The notes below the pieces were generated by a model that worked only from the letters and a program-made list of their open reading frames with translations, did not search any database and was not told the origin of the DNA. A program made the translations under genes and the position numbers. Below are positions 8,933-16,895 of a stretch of DNA of 64,000 bases, one piece after another. The stretch's first letter is position 1. The number at the start of each line of letters is the position of its first letter. The stretch is from an uncultured Candidatus Saccharibacteria bacterium (GTDB lineage: Bacteria; Patescibacteriota; JAQUNI01). The stretch covers positions 245,268 to 309,267 of the forward strand of contig CAZKRD010000002.1 of the NCBI GenBank assembly GCA_964555185.1, in the 5' to 3' direction.

Positions 8933-9196
8933 TTAAGATTCCTCTTGTATCTCAAATTTTGTCCCTTGCACACAGTAACTAATTAATCTTTGCCCTCTTG
9001 GAACCCCTTTGCGGCGTATTTTTATCCGAAGAGACAAATAGCCAGGAATATATCGAAATTCTTCTATTCTCACTGGAGGTTCAGCGGGATCAGAACAAAA
9101 AGGTATAACCACTACCAAACAATTCTTTAACGCTTTATTTAATCTGTCTGCCTCCGCTTGAGTAATCTCTTTTATCCCAAAAACCTGATTAGACAT
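8933..9196 (-). CDS. Hypothetical 87-aa protein
   Basis: Strong RBS AAGGAGGA 5 nt before the ATG. No recognisable motif. Lies between the Cys-rich peptide gene and the subtilase. Confidence 0.45.
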   Translation of the reverse strand: MSNQVFGIKEITQAEADRLNKALKNCLVVVIPFCSDPAEPPVRIEEFRYIPGYLSLRIKIRRKGVPRGQRLISYCVQGTKFEIQEES

Positions 9197-9349
9197 ATGA
9201 TCCTCCTTGCGTGTTGTTTTTCTTGAAAAAATTAGACAAAATAAAAAAGATCAAATTAAAAAACTAAATTAATATCTTTTAATCTTGGTTGAAAATCCAA
9301 CTTTGTCAAATTTAACCCTCAAGATGAAAAGTTAATATAATAACAGTTC

Positions 9350-10627
9350 CTAGGGAGCGATCGGCAAACCAAAACCAGTGGCTGTGTCGTCACCAGTAGT
9401 CCAAATCTCTGCTGCTATGCCGTGCAAATAATTCCGAGTGTTATTGGCTGACCCTTGCCAGAGCTTAGCAGCCAGACCTGAAACATGCGGGGTGGCCATT
9501 GAAGTTCCAGACATATAGGCATAGCAACCATTTTTATAAGCAGACTCCACTGAAACTCCTGGAGTTGCTAGTTCCACTTCCCTTTCTTCGACTAGATAAT
9601 CGCCATCATTGACTCCGCGTGAACTCCAATCCGGAACTGCTTCACTGGAATTGATCGCACCAACAGCAACCGCCTTGTAATAAGCAGCCGGATAATTAAT
9701 ACTGTCGTAAGTTGGTCCATCATTGCCAGCCGCAACCACAACTAATACTCCTTTACTTACTGCATAATCAATGGCCGCAAGCTCTTGAGAATCAGGATCA
9801 TCACCGCCATAACTCATTGAAATAATATTTGCACCATGGTCAGCAGCATAACGAATACCAGCAGCAGAATCATCACCATAACAAGAACCACGCCGGTCAC
9901 AGACCTTAACTGTCATTAATTTTGCTTCTGGCGCTACACCATAAATCCCTAAACCATCTTCGCCGCTATTAGCTAAAATTGTGCCCGAAACATGAGTGCC
10001 ATGGCCGTGCGCGTCTTCACAACTCTTTCTATCTGGTTTGAAGTGAGTGACCTTACTCACACAATCCGTAAGATTACCCATCAAGTCCAAATGATCTTGA
10101 TCCACACCTGTGTCTAAAACCGCTACTGTAACTCCATTACCTCCTTCCCCGCCATTCACTTTATTGATACCCCATGGCTTTTGATCGCCGGGCAAACAAG
10201 TTCTATCTGGTTCAGGATCAGGATCAGAAGGACAATCTTGGGGACAACGCTTGGGCTCATTACCCTGACAGACGCTATCACCACAGACAGGCTTACCAGT
10301 GATCTTGCGGATGCCTACCTGTCTAACCTCTACCCCTAAATCCCTCAAAGATTGAACTTGCTTTTTGGTCAACATTGTTGAAAACGCTCCTGGAAATTCT
10401 TGATTGACACCAAAAAGCGTTTTCAAAACTGGATTCTCTGAACTAATATAATGAGGCTCTGGTGTTAATTCCCAACTATCACCAATCACTGGCGAGTTTG
10501 CAGGTGCTATTGCTTCTTCTTTGGCCTCCTCTGATGCTGGGATCAGGAAGCCCTTTACTTGAATTGCTCCAGAAAAAACTAAAATCCCTGCTACTAAGAT
10601 TCCTAATCCAATTTTAATTTTCTTCAT
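9350..10627 (-). CDS. Secreted subtilisin-like serine protease (S8 family)
   Basis: Catalytic triad motifs in order: 'VAVLDTGVD' (Asp), 'HGHGTHVSGT' (His), 'GTSMATPHVSG' (Ser). N-terminal signal peptide 'MKKIKIGLGILVAGILVFSGA'. Cys-rich insert 'CGDSVCQGNEPKRCPQDCPSD'. Confidence 0.85.
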   Translation of the reverse strand: MKKIKIGLGILVAGILVFSGAIQVKGFLIPASEEAKEEAIAPANSPVIGDSWELTPEPHYISSENPVLKTLFGVNQEFPGAFSTMLTKKQVQSLRDLGVEVRQVGIRKITGKPVCGDSVCQGNEPKRCPQDCPSDPDPEPDRTCLPGDQKPWGINKVNGGEGGNGVTVAVLDTGVDQDHLDLMGNLTDCVSKVTHFKPDRKSCEDAHGHGTHVSGTILANSGEDGLGIYGVAPEAKLMTVKVCDRRGSCYGDDSAAGIRYAADHGANIISMSYGGDDPDSQELAAIDYAVSKGVLVVVAAGNDGPTYDSINYPAAYYKAVAVGAINSSEAVPDWSSRGVNDGDYLVEEREVELATPGVSVESAYKNGCYAYMSGTSMATPHVSGLAAKLWQGSANNTRNYLHGIAAEIWTTGDDTATGFGLPIAP

Positions 10628-10688
10628 TTATTTACTCACCTCCTCGCTTTTATGTCTTTTATATTATTTTAAAACAAATTCGAACAAA

Positions 10689-10872
10689 ATGAAAGGCAAA
10701 GTGTGCCTGCACTCTGAGGCTTTGTCCTCCTTCGCCCTGACGAGCTTCAGAGGACACCCCTTCTTTCTTAGTCAGACAAATTATTGTTTGTTTTTAGAGT
10801 GCTGTGCACTCCGAAGCTCCAAACAAAGTGAGGAGCGAAGATGTGTTTGCACACCGAAGCCTTGGCGAAGGT
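10689..10872. repeat. GC-rich imperfect long palindrome (family B motifs CCGAAGCCTTGGCG / GAGCTTC(A/G)GAGG) abutting the 3' end of tRNA-Ala
   Basis: Left and right arms are imperfect reverse complements. Shares CGCCAAGGCTTCGG-type cores with 20811-20887, 32713-32850 and 55706-55762. Confidence 0.55.
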
Positions 10873-10873
10873 G

Positions 10874-10946
10874 TGGACCTGGGGAGAATCGAACTCCCTA
10901 CCTCAGCAATGCGAATGCTGCGCTCTACCAGATGAGCTACAGGCCC
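10874..10946 (-). tRNA. tRNA-Ala (anticodon CGC)
   Basis: Manual fold: acceptor GGGCCUG with a G3:U70 pair (Ala identity), D-arm GCUC/GAGC, anticodon loop UUCGCAU, T-arm GGGAG-UUCGAUU-CUCCC, discriminator A. No encoded CCA. Confidence 0.85.
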
Positions 10947-11216
10947 GTTTTTTAAATTCTCAATTCTCAATTCTCAATTTTAAAAACAATTTTAATGTTT
11001 TAATGTTGAATTTTCAAAAAATTTCGAGGATATAAGGATTTCTCAAAAACGATTTACTAATTTATTATAGAACAAACCATTAAATTAAGGAAATTCCTTG
11101 CTCAAATAAAAAATTTGTTGTAGGCTTAAATGTACTTCTAACTCTCAAGTTTGTTCTTTACCCATTCTTAATTCTAAAAACCAGAAACATTCAACCAAAC
11201 GAGAGGAGATTGAAAA

Positions 11217-12371
11217 ATGGGCAACACGCCAATTTGGCCTACCTGGCCCGTAACTTCCGGAGAAGATGAACTGCTGGGAGTCGTCGCAAGAAGCGGACGA
11301 TGGGATGTGAATAGTCGGATTACCGGACAACTAACAAAAAAGATGGCCAAATATATTGGAATGAGACACTGCGTCTTTTTCAATTCTGGCACATCAGCTC
11401 TCTATGCCGCGATAATGACAATTAGATCGTCCAAGTCAGACGAAATAATCACTGGTTCATTAACCTTTGAGGCGACTGGTGGCGCAATTTTGCTTTCAGG
11501 ACTCACGCCCGTTATCGTCGATCATGACATTAAGACCCTTACTCCGGACCTCGCGCAGATCAAAAAAGTGATCACGCCAAGGACAAAGGTGATCATGTCC
11601 CTTCCAATCTATGGTATGCTTCCCAATACTGCAGGAATTATAGAGATCATAGAAGAAGCAAACAAGGAAGGCTTGGCAGACATAAAATTGATCACTGATG
11701 CCTGCCAAGCAGTCGATGCCAGGGAAAACAAAAGCATAGTTGGCGCTGAAGGAGAAATTGTTTGCGGCAGTTTCCAGCAAAGCAAACAACTAACCGGTGG
11801 AACAGGCGGTTTTGCCGCCACTAACGATGACTGGACAGCGAAATGTCTTTCAGATTTCCATAACCACGGCAGAGTTGGATTCCCCGATGATACAGGGACC
11901 AACATTCATGGCGTAAACCTAAGACCCCACCCAGCCGCGCTGGCGATTGTTCTTTCTCAATTGGAAATTGTCCCAGGCCAAACAGAAGCGCGAAGAAGGA
12001 ACATGAAAATCCTTTCCGACTTGCTTCAGGATGAAAAAAGGATCATCTTGCCTCCGCTGACTAATGACTGCGGCCCGCACATATATGTAATCAGAGTTGT
12101 TGATGCTAACATCAAACTCGCCTTCTTGGCTGAATTGAAGAATCGAGGAATTCCCAGCATTTCTGGAGGATATCCTCAATTACTCAGTCAAAACCCAAAT
12201 TTCGCAGAAGGCACAATCTGTCTTTGTCCAAACGCGGAAATGATTCAAGCAAGCCAAATCTGGCTGATGCACTGGCTTTTCTTGGATCCAAAGGGTAACC
12301 CTGATCAAGCTAGGGTCAATATGCAATATCTCGCGCAAGCAATCCGCGAAGCCTTAGATAAAGTCTCCTAA
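11217..12371 (+). CDS. DegT/DnrJ/EryC1/StrS-family PLP-dependent sugar aminotransferase
   Basis: 'FFNSGTSALYAAIMTI' (DegT N-terminal motif). Lys-containing 'SFQQSKQLTGGTGG'. RBS GAGAGGAG upstream. Terminator stem AACGCCA/TGGCGTT plus T-run immediately after the stop. Confidence 0.7.
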   Translation: MGNTPIWPTWPVTSGEDELLGVVARSGRWDVNSRITGQLTKKMAKYIGMRHCVFFNSGTSALYAAIMTIRSSKSDEIITGSLTFEATGGAILLSGLTPVIVDHDIKTLTPDLAQIKKVITPRTKVIMSLPIYGMLPNTAGIIEIIEEANKEGLADIKLITDACQAVDARENKSIVGAEGEIVCGSFQQSKQLTGGTGGFAATNDDWTAKCLSDFHNHGRVGFPDDTGTNIHGVNLRPHPAALAIVLSQLEIVPGQTEARRRNMKILSDLLQDEKRIILPPLTNDCGPHIYVIRVVDANIKLAFLAELKNRGIPSISGGYPQLLSQNPNFAEGTICLCPNAEMIQASQIWLMHWLFLDPKGNPDQARVNMQYLAQAIREALDKVS

Positions 12372-12396
12372 ACGCCACCTTGGCGTTTTTTTTATT
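12372..12396 (+). terminator. Rho-independent terminator (stem AACGCCA..TGGCGTT + T8)
   Basis: Seen directly after the DegT stop codon. Confidence 0.6.
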
Positions 12397-12448
12397 ATTA
12401 AAAAGAACCCTAAAATAAAGAGGGTTCTGAAAGAATGAACTGCTCTAT

Positions 12449-13213
12449 TTATTGCTCTACTTGCTGCAATTTGCTTGCCGAAAAATCATCAATCTTCTTT
12501 GAGATCTTGGCCGCGTCCTCCTCTCTTCCCAATTTGTTGTAGAGCAACTCCTGATTATGCAAAACCAAAAGTTGAATCGTTGATATTTCCATATCTCTCA
12601 AGCAATCCTCAGAAGACTCAACAGGGCCCCAAAAAGCAAAAAGTCTATCAATACAATCAAGGCATTGGGTAAAATATCCTAGAGCCTCCTCTTCGTGACC
12701 TAGATCGAGATTATAGAAAGCAAGGTTACTGTAAACTATCATTAAACCTTCTTGCTCATCTGGGGTTTTTGTCTCTGTGGCTTCCAGAATCTTCTGGGCT
12801 TTTTGCCAATAAATCACTGCCTTTTGATAATACTCTTGGGCTATGTATAAATCAGCAAGATCAATATAGAGGCATGGATCTTCTATCCCATTATTCTGAT
12901 TAATATCAAGGGCTTTTTGATAATACTCTAAAGACTCTTTATAATCCCCCTGCTCTTGATAAACAAAAGCTTTAATATGTAATGCCTTGGTATTTTCAGG
13001 TTCCCAATCGAAAATCCTTTCGCAACAATATAATGCATCTTGATAGTTTCCCGTACGAGTATATTCACGAGCTCTAGATGTAAGACGACTAATCAGGTTT
13101 CTCCTTCGAATGGCTTCTTTTCTATTTAAAGCTAAGTGTCCAACAAGGAAAAGTAATAAAACAATTACAACTAACGGCCACTTTAAAAAGCTCCGCTTCT
13201 TACTGTCTGACAT
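12449..13213 (-). CDS. TPR-repeat protein with an N-terminal membrane anchor
   Basis: TM 'WPLVVIVLLLFLVGHLAL'. Repeated TPR-like W/Y-x-x-A-L-x-I motifs ('YYQKALDINQNN', 'AVIYWQKAQKIL', 'ALYCCERIFDWEP'). Confidence 0.6.
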   Translation of the reverse strand: MSDSKKRSFLKWPLVVIVLLLFLVGHLALNRKEAIRRRNLISRLTSRAREYTRTGNYQDALYCCERIFDWEPENTKALHIKAFVYQEQGDYKESLEYYQKALDINQNNGIEDPCLYIDLADLYIAQEYYQKAVIYWQKAQKILEATETKTPDEQEGLMIVYSNLAFYNLDLGHEEEALGYFTQCLDCIDRLFAFWGPVESSEDCLRDMEISTIQLLVLHNQELLYNKLGREEDAAKISKKIDDFSASKLQQVEQ

Positions 13214-13290
13214 AGCCTAAAACCCCCTTTCTTCTAATAAAGAGTTTTGTATTGAGGAATAAAAAAAGAACAAACAACTTAAGCCAAAAG

Positions 13291-13364
13291 TACGCTCAGG
13301 AGGATTCGAACCTCCGACCTCAAGCTCCGGAAGCTTGCGCTCTATCCAGCTGAGCTATGAGCGC
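13291..13364 (-). tRNA. tRNA-Arg (anticodon CCG)
   Basis: Manual fold: acceptor GCGCUCA/UGAGCGU, D-arm GCUC-AGCUGGAUA-GAGC, anticodon stem CAAGC/GCUUG with loop UUCCGGA, T-arm GGAGG-UUCGAAU-CCUCC, discriminator A. Confidence 0.85.
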
Positions 13365-13443
13365 TTTAATTCAAATAACGAATTTAATAATCACTAATAT
13401 CAAAAACAACCAGCCAATCTTAATCAATTGACTTGATTTCTAA

Positions 13444-13725
13444 TTACTCCAAGACTTTATAAACCACATCTCCTTCGTGCACTTTTTGATCCACTTTCAA
13501 ACCAATCACATCTCCTTTTTTCGCCTCCTGAATCTGATCGTGTTCAACCTGCATTGACTCCACTTTTTGGTCAAAATCTTCGCTGTGGCCCTTGATATGA
13601 ATCGTTTCACCGACTTTCAACCCGCCTTTAGTAATTTCAATAAGCCCCACCTTAATTTTATTGTAATAATGGGTTATTTTACCAATCTCTTCTTCTTTGC
13701 GTTCTTCTTGTTTTTTTTCTGCCAC
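13444..13725 (-). CDS. Small standalone protein with an EF-Tu domain-2-like beta-barrel (94 aa, GTG start)
   Basis: 'VGLIEITKGGLKVGETIHIKGH...VESMQVEHDQIQEAKKGDVIGLKVDQKVHEGDVVYKV' matches the EF-Tu domain-2 consensus (G.v..G.l.vGd.v.i.......V.si......v..A.aGd.vgl.l......i..Gdvl). RBS AGGAGGTG 7 nt before the GTG. The longer ORF in the track has no RBS. Confidence 0.4.
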   Translation of the reverse strand: MAEKKQEERKEEEIGKITHYYNKIKVGLIEITKGGLKVGETIHIKGHSEDFDQKVESMQVEHDQIQEAKKGDVIGLKVDQKVHEGDVVYKVLE

Positions 13726-13970
13726 TTTTTTCTCACCTCCTTTCGATTCTATTATACTAGAGTTTTCAAAAAATATAAAGCAAAGAGGCCAATATTGAAG
13801 ACTTTTACACCAAAAATTCAAAAAAATTGCTTCTGTGGATAACTCACTTGTATTCGGTTTTTGTTTGGTGTATAATATAAACCAGATGGGCCTCGCAAAA
13901 ACATTTTGAATTCTCCCTCGACCTCGATTAGCTAAAAAGGCGGCAAACCGCCTCTATAAAAAACATCTTT

Positions 13971-14573
13971 ATGCAGATAACCAAACGACAAAAACAAATA
14001 TTGGATTTCTTAGTCGAATTCATTGCCACCCATGACTATGCTCCCAGTTTACGCGAGATAGCCGATCATTTTGGTTTGTCTTCAACCGCGACCGTGCACG
14101 AACACCTTAGAAATTTAGAAGACTCTGGCTATATCCAATCCGTCAAAGGCGAAGCGCGTTCGATTAGCCCTTCAGGTAAGTTTATGCGCTTTAAAAAAGC
14201 AATTGAACTGCCTTTAGTCGGCTTAATCGCCGCTGGTGAACCGATTGAAGCAATTCAACAGAATGAAACCATCTGTGTCCCTTTGGGTTTAGTAGATAAA
14301 AAACCGAATTCTTTTGTTCTTCAAGTCAAAGGAAGCTCAATGATTGATGAGGGAATATTAAACGGGGATTATATTATCGCGGAAAGGACCTTTTCGCCTA
14401 AAAACGGCGATGTCGTGGTTGCTTTGCTCAACAATCAGTACGCCACCCTCAAAAAGTTTTTCAGAGAAAAAAACAGAATCAGACTCCAGCCAGCAAACAA
14501 AAATATGAAACCGATCTATTCAAAGAACCCGGCAATCCAAGGAATTGTCCGCGCGGTGATGAGGAAATTCTGA
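13971..14573 (+). CDS. lexA: LexA repressor (S24 peptidase)
   Basis: N-terminal wHTH 'LTKRQKQILDFLVEF...APSLREIADHFGLSS'. Cleavage-site region 'LPLVGLIAAGEP'. Ser in 'VKGSSMIDEGI', Lys in 'GDVVVALLNNQYATLKKF'. Promoter-like TTGTTT...TATAAT upstream. Confidence 0.85.
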   Translation: MQITKRQKQILDFLVEFIATHDYAPSLREIADHFGLSSTATVHEHLRNLEDSGYIQSVKGEARSISPSGKFMRFKKAIELPLVGLIAAGEPIEAIQQNETICVPLGLVDKKPNSFVLQVKGSSMIDEGILNGDYIIAERTFSPKNGDVVVALLNNQYATLKKFFREKNRIRLQPANKNMKPIYSKNPAIQGIVRAVMRKF

Positions 14574-14618
14574 TCATCCATTTTAAAATCTATTTATTCT
14601 TTATATATAAGGGGAGCA

Positions 14619-14660
14619 AAAATCGACCTAAAGTATTATTGGTCGATTTTTGTGTTTTCT
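14619..14660 (+). terminator. Rho-independent terminator (AAAATCGACC..GGTCGATTTT + T-rich tail)
   Basis: 10-bp perfect stem with a 12-nt loop, followed by TGTGTTTTCT, downstream of lexA. Confidence 0.6.
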
Positions 14661-14684
14661 AAAATAAAAAAAGAGGCCGTTATT

Positions 14685-15434
14685 TCAAGGTTTGGCCTCG
14701 CTTGATTCAAGTCGCCTAGAAAGCGCAGTGATCGTTTCACCTAAATAAAGATTTAGACTGATTATAAGCGCTTCCCTAGTAGTAGGCGGCCCACCAGTAG
14801 ATATCTGGGTTTTCAACGAAGGCTTAAGCATATCCAGAATGGCTTCCAGGGGTGACTGAGCGCCCTCTGCTGCTTTCTTTGTTGGGATAACCATTTTCTG
14901 TAAAATCTCACAGGCAATGATAAGACGCCCAACATTTTCATCGAGATCTAAGGCTCTTTCTTTTGGTATACCAACATTTGATGATTGTTCAGCAGCCGCA
15001 AAACCTGCTTGAACATAATTCACCATCAGCAAGTGCGCAGGTGGTAGTTTTTCGGTACCTGCGCGTCCAGAAAGGTTGGCAATCGTCTCAGTTAGAAGAA
15101 TCATCATCGGATTTGCAGCCGGGTCTTGCTGTAACTGATCACAATGCCCACGCAACCTTTCACTGCAACGATTCAGGGCTCTCAATGTTTCTTCCATTGG
15201 TGATGGCTTGTTCCCGCTCTTCTCTATCGGGATAGTCATTCCCTGTAATGCCTGGCAGCCAAAACTGAAGATTCTTTGGGCTGTCGTAAAATCCATGCCC
15301 TCGACAGCCTCGTGATCAGGTACAGAGCCTTCCAGGAGATTCACTGCAGCAGTGGCGTTTTCCACGCCTGTCTCAATACAATCAACCACCAGTAAATGTG
15401 CTGTTGACAACAAACCCTCTGATTCATTTTGCAT
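14685..15434 (-). CDS. Hypothetical protein with an internal duplication (AHLLVV.../AHLLMV...), visibly higher G+C than its surroundings
   Basis: Two ~110-aa halves both begin 'AHLL(V/M)V(D/N)..(E/Q)(T/A)G...A'. Codon and GC composition are distinct by eye. No family recognised. Confidence 0.4.
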   Translation of the reverse strand: MQNESEGLLSTAHLLVVDCIETGVENATAAVNLLEGSVPDHEAVEGMDFTTAQRIFSFGCQALQGMTIPIEKSGNKPSPMEETLRALNRCSERLRGHCDQLQQDPAANPMMILLTETIANLSGRAGTEKLPPAHLLMVNYVQAGFAAAEQSSNVGIPKERALDLDENVGRLIIACEILQKMVIPTKKAAEGAQSPLEAILDMLKPSLKTQISTGGPPTTREALIISLNLYLGETITALSRRLESSEAKP

Positions 15435-15618
15435 CGTAATCTCCCTCCTATATTGTTGAAAAGATCATGTTTAACAGCACCAAAAAAACTAACGAACAAC
15501 CAGCCCTTATTTATAATACACAAAATAATATATGTCAAATTGTTTATCTGATTTTCTAATTATTTTAAAAAAAATAACAACAAAAAAAGCCAGTCTTTAT
15601 AACTTGACTAGCATCGAA

Positions 15619-16041
15619 TTAAATATGACTCTCTGCTTGCTGAGGGGAAAGAGCACACGATCTTTCTAACTCTTTAGCAATATGCCAAAGCTCAAATAGT
15701 TGAGCATTATCAAAAAGGCAATGCAGCCGCTCCGCGATTCTCTTTTTTAATGCTTTACCGAATTGATAACACTCATAATCTGGGCCTTTTAACCACATGG
15801 ATATTGCTAAAATATTCATTGCTCTCTCAAGACTTTTAGAATAAAAATAAGCCTCGTTAGAAAATGCAAAGTGTCGTAAAATAGGATACCTATCCCGGAG
15901 CCAAAATATTGCGGGATGAAGTATTTTAGGATTACGCCAAATCAAAGTAGTCTCATCAGATGAACCCAGGAAACCAAAAATGACAGCAATGATATCACTC
16001 CTCGTAAACCTAACCTCTTCTTCTAAAGCACAATCTGCTTC
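15619..16041 (-). CDS. Hypothetical protein (141 aa)
   Basis: RBS GGAGGTGAAGG 5 nt before the ATG at 16041. The longer track ORF overlaps the upstream membrane-protein gene, so the internal start is preferred. Confidence 0.4.
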   Translation of the reverse strand, partial: EADCALEEEVRFTRSDIIAVIFGFLGSSDETTLIWRNPKILHPAIFWLRDRYPILRHFAFSNEAYFYSKSLERAMNILAISMWLKGPDYECYQFGKALKKRIAERLHCLFDNAQLFELWHIAKELERSCALSPQQAESHI

Positions 16042-16061
16042 CATATCCTTCACCTCCAATT

Positions 16062-16895
16062 CTAGAAAAACAAATAACCAACTAAGAAACCTAAAATTGA
16101 ACAAAGAACAATCGGCGGCAGAGCAGGCAGGCTCTTCCGCTTTTTTTGCAGATTGAAAATAAGGAAACTCATAATAATACCAATCAAACCTCCAATCGCG
16201 CAAGCAATAGTTTTAGAGAGTCCTGTGGGCAAAACAGAGATGCAAAAAAGCAAAGGGAAAGCTAGATCACCTGAACCCAAAAACATAAACCCTTTCCCTT
16301 TTTCTACCTTTGTAAGTTCAGTCTTCAAGGTAGAAAGATCTCCCGGAACAATCAAAGCGGGAAACACCTTGCGGGCAATTAAGCCCTCCGCCATCTTGAC
16401 CATATGTTTGGTCTTGTAAACCGCAATGATATCATACAAAGACAGAATACCCAAAAGCGCGAGCACCGTAATCCAATGAATGTTTAAGCCCAAACTGACT
16501 GCCAAACCAGACAAACCAATCGTTAAGACTAGATTCTGAATCCAAACTCGGGGATAAGCATAGCGCAGAACAATCAAAACAAGAGCGATAATTAAAGAAA
16601 AAATAAAAGGCAGGATCGCTGAAAAAATCAGCTGAATCCCCAAAAACAGGGCGAAAGAAAAAAAGATATGAAAAAAAATCCCCCGGCGGAAATACTTCAA
16701 AGCAATCAGGATAAAAATTGTCCCAATTGCAAAAGCAACTAAAGTCTGCCATAAGGGAATCTTTGGACCAGTCAATACTTCTGGGACAAAACTGACTAAT
16801 CTCAAGCTGGCGAGGATCGTAATCAGATAAGCAAACAGGGTATAAAAAATCTCAAGGAGAAGACTAATTGTGAATTCTTTTTTGTTCAGATTCAT
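16062..16895 (-). CDS. Presenilin/signal-peptide-peptidase-like intramembrane aspartyl protease (A22 family homolog)
   Basis: Polytopic membrane protein with the three hallmark motifs in canonical order: 'LSLYDIIAVY' (YD), 'FLGSGDLAFP' (GxGD), 'KSLPALPPIV' (PAL). Confidence 0.55.
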   Translation of the reverse strand: MNLNKKEFTISLLLEIFYTLFAYLITILASLRLVSFVPEVLTGPKIPLWQTLVAFAIGTIFILIALKYFRRGIFFHIFFSFALFLGIQLIFSAILPFIFSLIIALVLIVLRYAYPRVWIQNLVLTIGLSGLAVSLGLNIHWITVLALLGILSLYDIIAVYKTKHMVKMAEGLIARKVFPALIVPGDLSTLKTELTKVEKGKGFMFLGSGDLAFPLLFCISVLPTGLSKTIACAIGGLIGIIMSFLIFNLQKKRKSLPALPPIVLCSILGFLVGYLFF

